A DNA stretch of 64,000 nucleotides from Aplysia californica (lineage: Eukaryota). The DNA is taken from positions 124,290 through 188,289 of the forward strand of contig NW_004798155.1 of assembly GCF_000002075.1 (NCBI RefSeq), written 5' to 3'. The notes beneath the pieces are model-generated. The model did no database searches, had not been told where the DNA came from, and saw only the letters and a list, made by a program, of their open reading frames with translations. Made by a program: the position numbers and the translations under genes. This document shows, piece after piece, positions 24,301 through 34,300 of the stretch; position 1 is the first letter of the stretch, and each line of letters starts with the position of its first letter.

Positions 24301-27300
24301 TCTAAAACTTCTGGACCATCAAAGGAGGAAGAGACAGATGATGAAATTATTCTTGGTGGTTTCAAAAAGGGCTCTGGGTTGGAAAAAGAAAATTCTATCA
24401 AGAGGAAAAGGGTTCAAAGTCAGCCCAAGTTAACAAGAGCAGTTTCTAAAAGCAAAAAGGTTAGGCAGTCAAAACGAAGACAAGCTGCCCCTTTGAATAA
24501 GCAGCTGAGAAAACGAAAGAGGAATGTGGACGCCAACACTTCTGCAGGTCCTGAAGAGCAAGAGTGTCTTCAAACAAATGTCGCAGGCGAAATTTCGGAG
24601 GTGTGTGAGGAAGCTGAAGTCAGTTTAGCAGAGGACGAGAAATCCCCGGTCAAACCTCCACAGTCAGACACCAAGTCTTGTGACCCCCCAGCTGAGGTGC
24701 AAGATGAAGAAAAAGTACCAGGAAATCCAACGACAGGTTCCCGCACGAGAACCAAATCTTCTACAACAAAAGAAGTAGAGGGTAGTCGCACTAAAGCAAA
24801 ACCTTCGACAAAGGAGTTGGGAGGTCGTAGCGCCAAAACAAAATCGTCTTCGACAAAGGAATTGGAGAGTAGTTGCAGCAGAAGCAAATCTTGTACAAAA
24901 AAAGAGTTGGAGAGACAAGTGGGAACCTCTGGTCCCAGAAGATCCCTTGCTGCAGTTTTGGAGGACAGTGTTTCTGCTTCTGATGATGGAGACAAAGAGA
25001 AGGAAGTGGAGGAGGAAAATGCTCAGGACCTCGCAGGCGAAGGCGCTGAGTCGACCGAAGGGGAAGCAGAGCGCCTGCTGGGAGTGTCCGAAACCAAACC
25101 CGAGAAGTCGAAGAGACTTTCAACGTCAAAAAGAGGGAAGAAAGAGAAAGAAGTTACAGACCAGCCCAGAAAGAGTTTGTCTCGGAAACCTCGACATTCA
25201 CAGAAACATGGTGAGGTTTCTCACAGATTTTTTCTTCCCTCAGCTTTTTCTGTTTCAGACACAGTCAGTGGGTGGTTGGCAGGTTCTCTGGTGTGGTTTG
25301 CTCCTTCTTTCCTATAAAATATTAATCATCCTAATCTCTCTTCCTTCTTTTCTTTGCGTGCTCTAGTAACACCTCTAGTGTTTGACGCTTATCTGACCTA
25401 TTTGTGTTGCGAATGCTGTAAAACTTTTTCTAATACTAAAATCACTGTTTTAATCAGTCGTTGGTGTACACCTGTCTCTGTTTTCAGCAGTGTCTATGTT
25501 CATCTACTAAAACGTGTAAGATCATAATTTGTTATAATATTGTTTAAATCGGTTTACAGACTTGTGTATTTGGGTTTTTTTATTCGTATCAGTTTTTGTT
25601 TTCTTCTTCTGCACCTGGCGTGCAGTGCAGGAGGCTAGAGGGCGCCACTAATAGACTAATAGATCCTACCTCTTTTCTTCCCTTCTGTTGTTTCTGTCCA
25701 TGTTGTATTTTTCCTTGGACTGAGAGGGTTCTATTGACTCAGTGAGTCAACGTAGGTAGTTCAGTGAAAATGTCAATGTGCTTGTTCTCTTTACTCAAAC
25801 TCAAACAATGTTTAGTGAACCCAGGTTGTGGGTGGTTGGTGGGTGCTCTGGTGTGGTTTACTTCTTCTTTGCTTTCAAACATCTATAGTCATGATCTCCC
25901 CCTCCTTCTTTTTTGTGTTTGTTACTCTCTTGTAACACCTCTAATCTTCGGCACTTATATGGCCTTATTGATTGTGTTGCAAGTGCCGTAAAACACTTAC
26001 TAAACGGGTGCTCATATGACCTTATGCAGTTGCGATCACTGTAAGACTCTTACTAAAACAAACAAACACTTACTAAAACAAAAAGAACCAAGGATAAGAT
26101 TCAATTGAAATGTTTAGTTCCAGCTTCAGCGACGCCGCAGCGAGTGAACTTGTTGCTGTCATTGCCCTCGGTGACCCCACAGAGCGGTCCGTCTTTCCGG
26201 CTGTCGCGCAGATTTTCCCCGCAGTTGTCCTCGCCGGATCTGGATTCCTCCCCGGAAAGTCCGAGTCCTCGAGGTGAGTTTATAATACGGGTGGTTGGTG
26301 GCTGCTCTGGTGTGGCTTGCTCCTTCTTTCCTGTCAAACATCTATCGTCCTTTTCTCTCTTCCTTTTTTTATGTTTGTTACTCTCTTGTAACACCTCTAA
26401 TCTTCAGCACTCACATGACCTTATTGTGTAACACATTTTGTTGTTGTTGTTGAAATGGTTAAATCTGATATCATATTCAAATTCGTGGTTAAATTTTGAG
26501 AAATTACAAAAATAGACCTGCTGTGCGACCTCAATGTGCTGAAACAAAGAAGGCACACAACAAACACAATGTGGAATGAATTTGATGATCCCAGTCGGCT
26601 ACCATTTGTTAAATGGATGGATGGATGCGGATTTTTTATCTGAATGCGCCTCTACAGCACCAGGCTATTATAATTATCCCTCACTTCCCTGTGGCCCAGG
26701 TAATACTGGAGTCCTTGACTCCTCAGGCTCGGCCAACACTGAATGTGTCTGTAATTTTTGGCTGACATTAAACCATAACTTCCAACCAGTAAGTAAAGAA
26801 CATGCAGATGCTGAAGGACAATTATGACCTTTCAAGAACAGACTTGAGAATTATATTGAGAACGAAGCTCTTGAGTCAATTGGAGAGGTCTTTTACTTTT
26901 ACCGCAGTTCCACTTTGAATTGCTTGAATTTACTGAATGTAGAAAAGTGTGTTGAGGGTTTGAAGGAAGAGGAGGGGGGGGGGGGGGGGTCAACTGGCCA
27001 ATGCCCACCATCTTGACCCACCTTAAGGGAGGAATCTGTGTTTTGGTCTTGTAAAGTTGTCATCTACGCCTTGTACTTTTCCAGTGGAGACTCCAGGCCC
27101 CCTGGCCAGGAACACAAAGATGGCTATTCCGGCAGTGGACGCCACCCCCCAGGCCCCTGCCTCGTGTCTGCGTGGGAACAACCCACACAAGAGATCGCTG
27201 AAGGGGAGGAAAGTGCGCATCAGCAACATCATCGACCGACTGGAGGTCTCCCAGAATGAAAGCAATNNNNNNNNNNNNNNNNNNNNNNNNNNNNNNNNNN

Positions 27301-30300
27301 NNNNNNNNNNNNNNNNNNNNNNNNNNNNNNNNNNNNNNNNNNNNNNNNNNNNNNNNNNNNNNNNNNNNNNNNNNNNNNNNNNNNNNNNNNNNNNNNNNNN
27401 NNNNNNNNNNNNNNNNNNNNNNNNNNNNNNNNNNNNNNNNNNNNNNNNNNNCCCTCTTCCTCAGATCGGCTTCTTATTCTTGTGTTTTTTGGGTTTTTTT
27501 GTTTTGTTTGTTTTTTTGAGGGGGGATACATTATAACGACTAATGACACTGTAAAATTTCCACCTATCTAAGACAACTTCTTTACCCCTCAACAATGAAT
27601 GACCATCGTAACAATCTCAACTATATGTAATTTTTCATGACATTCCTCATGTTCTGTTCTCCAGGCGAGCTTTCTTCCGATGGACGGAGCTCCACGATGT
27701 TGCCCTCACCAACGTCCTCCCCGGTCCACTACGCCGAGACCACCCACCACTACCCCAGCCCGAAAGACTTCCTTGTACCAGACCTCTCGAACAAAATCAG
27801 TAAGACTTAACTCTTTGTCGTCATCATCATCGTCGTCATCACCATCACAGACCAAAAAACTCCTGTTTTTCTTGAAGCATTACAATTTGTACCATGTTGG
27901 CACGATTTTACATAACTTACAAATATCAGCACCAAAATCAGGACTCAGGACCAATAACTCATCACAGCCAAGGTTCTTTAGCTCTTATCAGCCAGAATTT
28001 ATGTCATAGATTTACCTGAACAGCCAGAATTCGATTTCTGGCCATTATCACTATTTGTTAATTACAAGGAGTAATTCATTTTGTCCGCACGCCTCATATT
28101 TAATTTGGTCGGTTCCTTTTTACATTTACTTGTTTTGTTGCTTTTTTAGCTTGTGTCAAATGTTTAAACCCATACCCTGCTGTACCAGCATCTGTGGTGT
28201 AGTGGTTAGACACTTTGTCATAGTGCAAAGATCTAAGTTCCATTCCTGGAAGGGGAGAATTTTTATTGAGTTTCTCAGTCTTTCTCCTGGGACATTGTAT
28301 CCCTCTCAGCCCAAGTTGGCCTTGACAGGCAGAGTGTTGATGGGGACATAAAATCACCTACATTTAAAAAAAAAATTTATTTTGATTTTGGATACTGCCA
28401 TAGTATCACTGTGGGTACTGAGAGAATGCTCACATACACAGGGGTTGGGAGAGAGTTATCCTGAAGGTTCTTGGTGTCACTTCTTTACTCACTGAGACAA
28501 TGAGCACCTGTTCCCACACTGGCACCGCTGAAAGCATAGTAGTTTTGTTTTTTCTTTTTTCACTTTCAAACAAATGTGTAGAAGCTCCAAATAATGATTT
28601 GTGTTCCTTATTATCTAAATAAACATGAACCAAAAAAACCACGACTCTAATGGCAACCAATACTTTTTTACTGTGATGATGAAATGAAGACATGATACAA
28701 GATCTGTGGGTGGTTGGCGGGTGCTCTGGTGTGGTTTGCTTCTTCTTTCCTATGAAACATCTATTGTCCTTATCTCCCCTTCTTCTTTTTAGTGTTCGTT
28801 ACTCTCTTGTAACACCTCTAATCTTCTGGCGCTCATATTACCTTATGCTGTTGCGAGCGCCGTAAAACTTCTACTAAAACAGACAAATACAAGATCTTTT
28901 CTTTTTTTTCTGTCTTTCTTTTCTTTCTTTCATTTTTCTTGTGATTGGAGGATGCCCCTGGTTGATACTACTTCCTTAACTTTTTTTTTTCTCTCATTTC
29001 TCTTGTGGTTGAAGGATGCCTCTGGTTCATCCTGCTCCTTTTATTTTCTTTCTGTTATTTCTATCCGCCTGTCTTGCTCTTTGTCAAGGCTAAATGGCTG
29101 TTATTGTGTCAATGTGCTGCTCTTTAAATACACAAAATTTACTCAAAAGTGTTCACATTTCATAATCAGAGCCAGGAAATAATTTTCTTTTTTTTTTTTT
29201 TTTTTTTTTTCAAATCTTCTTTTCAGTTCGACCTGGCAGCGAAAATGATGACGGACTTCGTCGGTCTCATAGAACGAGAGTGAGGCGCCTCAGCGCTCAC
29301 AAGGGGGAGGGAATAATCTACAGGCGAGACAGTACAGGTAAATCCAGTGTTATTAGTCGTAGGGAAGTGTTTGAGAAATGTTTGCAGGCTTGCCAACTGT
29401 CCTGAATTTCCGGGGACTGTTCCGGATTTGGCAATCAAAAATTTGAGAGGACATTGTATACACTTAGCCAAAACTAGTCCCATAGGATGTAAATTCGTTT
29501 TTTTGTTGCGCTGTCTGATGTTATAATGTTAGGGGTCACTAACTGGGGTTTTGTTAAAGTTGGCAGGCCTGAGGCCTGCGTTTATGTTATATTTAATAGA
29601 GCTCTTGTTAAGGGAATTCACAGGGGTGCGTCCTCGAGCAAGACACAATAATCCTTGCACAGGAACAGGCGGCTGTACAGCGGCGTCCACCAATTGCGTG
29701 TTTGTAAAATGACGATGTAGGTTGGATATTGTGGGTTATGTAGCTTAGAGGAAGAAATATTGTGTGCAAGTATCCAAATTTCTCACGCGGATAAATATGT
29801 GGTATTTATTTATTTATTATCTTTATTAATTATTTAGTTAGTTTTTTTTGTCCTCAAGTTATCAAGAAAAGTAGTATTGTTTATTTTATTATCTTTATTG
29901 ATTTTTTTTCTACACATGTTCTCTGCTCAACAGGATTTGGAATGATGGTGGCCGGCATCCAGCCCTCCGTGGTGGAAGCGAAGGAGAGAGCCAGAGAAGA
30001 CAAGCGTAGGAAGCAGATCAAACAGCGAAAAAGTAAGTGGTGGTTTTGTCTTCTTGGTGGAAATTCGGCTTGATAACTCATCTTCTCCACCTTCTGTGGT
30101 GTAGCCTTGGAGCTTCGTCATCACTTACAGAAGACATGGGTTTGATTCCTGAGTGGCGAGGGGTTGTTGTTGGGGTTTTTTGGGGGGGTGTTTGGAGTTT
30201 CTCTGTTTGTCTGCTGGGACGCTGTATCCCTCTCAGCTTGGTTTGGCCCTGATAGGCAGAGCTGTTAAAGTACTTTTTAAAAAGTACTTAAGTGCAAATT

Positions 30301-31331
30301 TTAAGTACAATCTAAAAAATGTACTTAAGTACAGTAAAAGTACTTTCTTGTAAAATGTACTTGAGTACAAGTACTTTTTAAAAAAGTACTTATGAGTACA
30401 TTTTGAGTACTTTCTGCTAATATGCTAAAACTCATCAGCGCTTATGCAAAACATCATATTAAATAACATATCCAGTATATTTGACCAATTAGGCTATTTA
30501 TTACTAAACATGTAAACAGTATACAAAGCATTTGAATATACAATGTACACACTGAACGAAGGTGGAAATGGTTCGTGAAATTGAAAAACCCCCAAAACAA
30601 ATAGACGCAACTAGTGGGTAAGTGATATATATTATGAATAGAACTTGTTTGAGCAAGACAATGTGATCAAATGTAAGTCAGTCCAAGAGGTCGGAAAGTT
30701 CTACAGAAAAAGTATCCAAATTAGAAAATGTAGATACTAAGCTGCTCTTAAGAAAACATAAAATTAATGAAAATGGCCAGCATAGAAATGGAAAAGTGCA
30801 TTGAATTCTTCATGAACAAATCCTCAAGGAATCAATGTAGCCTTACGCAAAAACCACCCAAAAAAGGTTTTAAAGAAATTTAGGCAGCCTAAAAAATTGT
30901 TAGATACACATTGAGAACACAGTTTCAGTTTCAATTGATTACAGTGGTAAGATAGATTTTGGTCACACTGTATAGTCCACGACGCCCACGGCAAACCAAA
31001 ATACAAAGATTCTCTACTACAGTAGTCTCCGCCTAAGATCCCAGTACTCGGGAGCAAGAAAAATATGGGATCTCAGCCGACGAAGCCAAGGAAGAATCTA
31101 CAGTGACCCATGAACTGACGTGACCCCTGGGTGGATTTATGACATATGGCGAGCAAAGAGTGGTCAACCTTGATGACCAATCACAGTGGCATGAGGCATG
31201 CCATAAATAATTTATATACACACTTATTAGCCTATCGTGAGTCTTGAGATCTTTATCTACGTTTATCCAGTTGCTCCTCCCCTTCACCTGTCCAACAATT
31301 TTAGCTTTCCATCTCTGATTGAGTCATCCTC

Positions 31332-31384
<53 letters not shown>

Positions 31385-34300
31385 CCGCCTTTACTTTGTT
31401 GTTACGCACCATTACGTTGTGGCAACACCAATTAAAGTTCAGGCTGTCTCGCAAATTCGGGAATAGAGAAAAACTGCTTTCAATGGTCAGGGAAGAGTTC
31501 CTTACCCACCCAGCGAGTGATGTAAGTTTAGGTGGTGAGCTCAGATGCGAGTGCGATGTTTGGGGAAAAGAAACGCATCGGTCAGTTCACACCTTGGTGT
31601 GATCCTGTCTGGAGCAAACACTGTACCGTTTCATGGAGTTTTACAACGCTTGTGATCACATTCACGATAGTGGCTGATCTTTGGCGCGACGGGCCGTTCT
31701 TTGATCTCAACTTTTAACTCTTGGTTGATCGGCTGTGCCCCCCCGGGTGTTTGTTCCGTAAATTATGACCAGAAATGCCGGCACATACCCTTTCATTAAG
31801 CTTCAAAAGTACTCAAAATGTACTTTAAAAATACTCAAAAGTACTTTTATGAAAAGTATCGGAGTACAGTAAAAGTACTGGTTTCCAAAATGTACCGGAG
31901 TACAGTAAAAGTACCGAAAATTGTAATGTAAGTACAAGTACCGGAGTACTTGTACTCCGTTACAACCAGCTCTGCTGATAGGCACGGTCAAAGCAGCCCA
32001 CCTCCTAAATGGTCTTAATAATGTCGATGGGGGCGTAAAAACATCTGCAGTTACATTTTTACAGCAGGTTGATAGCTTGTCTTCTTTGTGAAAACTGAGG
32101 CTGATAACTGCGTCAGAAGTTGAGAATTTAGTTGGGGGTTTTTTCGTGTGTTTTTTTTTACTTCACAGTTGAAAGTTATTTCATTTTGTTTTTCAAGTCT
32201 ATCATGTGTCTCTGGTTTCTAACATAAAAGGCTTGGATTAAAATGTAGTTTTAACAGTGAAGTAAGTACATGTTTGGCAAGAAACACATAGAAAGATTTC
32301 TGGATTTGAAGAGAATTTTTTGTGGGTGGTTGGCGGGTGCTCTGGTGCGGTTTGCTCCTTCTTTCCTATCAAACATCTATCGTCCTGACCTCTCCTACTT
32401 CTTTATTGTGTATGTTACTCTCTTGTAACTCCTCTAATCTTCTGCGCTTAATATGACCTCATTGTGTTGCAAGTGCCGTAAAACTCATACCAAACCTAAA
32501 CTTAGAATATTTTTTCCATCCACAGTGAAGGCCCTAAGTGTTCCTGCCCATGGGCCAAAGAAACGTCTGTCGTGCCACTACAAGACAGACAAAGATGTGA
32601 CCTTGACCACCGAGGTCGCCGTGCTGGACCCGGACACTGAAGAGCAGAAGATGATGGGTAGGTATTTATCACAGGATGCTGGCTTACCAATTGACGGTGT
32701 TTGTGGTGTAGCGGTTAGGTGCTTTGCTATTGCATGCAGGAGACCCGAGATCGATTCCCGCGTGGGGAGAAATTTTGATTGAGTATCTTGGTTTATCTGC
32801 TGGGATGTTGTATCCCTCTTAGCCTGGGTTGGCCCTGACAGGTAGAGTTGGAAGCCAGCCTCATAAATGATCTAAATTATGTCGATGAGGGTGTAAAAAA
32901 CACCATTAACTCTTATCCTGCGTCTGTGCCCAGATGCATATCTTATCAGCAACTGATTACGTTGGACGTGCCGGGCAGGCCGCCGGGGTCACTCAGTGTG
33001 TACTGTTGGTGTACAGCGCGCGCGCCGGGAAACGTGTGTTTTCGCCATGAATACCGCGGGAGTGTGTTAACCGATGATGAAAATAACGCTCTATCCTTCA
33101 TAGCTTTCTATTTATAAAGTGTTACAAACATGTGAATAACCCCTTCTCACAAGCTGATAAGACATTACGAGTAGTTACGCCCATTCAAATAACCTTTCTG
33201 GACGCTCTTGTTGTTATGAATGACCTGAGGTTCGAAAGGGGATAATTTAGGTCAATTTCCTAATGTTTTACACTCAAATTGTTCTTTGTACCTGCACAAT
33301 GGTATTCAAAACTATCAAACAAGCTTATTTTTTATCAGGTAGTATCATTTCATACAAAATCAAGCTCATTTGAAATATTTTGTATAGAAAAATGGAAGTC
33401 TTGTTTCCTGACTATCCTTTCGAGCTCCTCATGTCTAAGTGGGTCAATTTCTTCTATAATTTCATTGGACAAACATCTAGAGCTACCAACTTGGCATCTT
33501 TTGAATGAGACGTATGCCTCGATTACGAACCCAGGCAGGCGGTTCTAGAAGAAGGCCACAAACGCACACAAACTCAAGCAGACTGACGCACACACACTTG
33601 ACCTGCGTGAATGGGGATCCGACTCGGGACCCGAATGACACGTATGAGGATGCGCGTGCGCTGAGCCAGGAGCTACACTGACTCGGGACCAGAACGTACG
33701 CGAGGTGCCGAAATAGGCTTTTCGGGCTACATAAACCCGGCTTCCGCATGATGAGGGTTGAAAAAAATTATTTTTTTAATGAATAAAATCATCAGAAACC
33801 GGAACAGGTGACAAGAAAATCTCTTTTAGGTCCTTGTTTCTTGGCAGATTTTGCCCACACTAATTTGCTCTTATGAAAATAGTTGAGGCCATGGGATAAA
33901 ACCATGTGTAAACAGAAAAAAAAGTGCCAAACCGTGGATGGAAAATATTGTAATAGCTTCCCTAGCATGGTTTAGAAATAATTTGTAGCATTAAAAACTA
34001 GTAATAGACAATATGTGAATCTGACATACTTCGTCAATCTGAAATCTGCAACTGGACACTACTTTTAGCGTTCGCAGTGGGTGGTTAGTGGGTACTCCGG
34101 TGTGGTTTGTTCCTTCTTTCCTATCAAACATCTATCGTCCATATTTGTTCTTCTTTTTTGTGTTTGTTGTTTGCTTGTAAAACCTCTAATCTTCAGCACT
34201 CATATGATATTATTGTGTTGCAAGTGCCTTAAAAATCTCACAAAAACATAGAACAATCTAATATTTGGCACTCGTATGACCTACTTGTTGCAAATGCTAT

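Noticed and set aside
23835-25129. Antisense ORFs overlapping CENP-C exon 10 (also 19024-19939)
   Set aside because: Shadow frames of low-complexity coding sequence with no independent support
18906-25317. ORFs of 516 aa and 626 aa as stand-alone genes
   Set aside because: They are internal CENP-C exons with splice sites; their ends read through into introns
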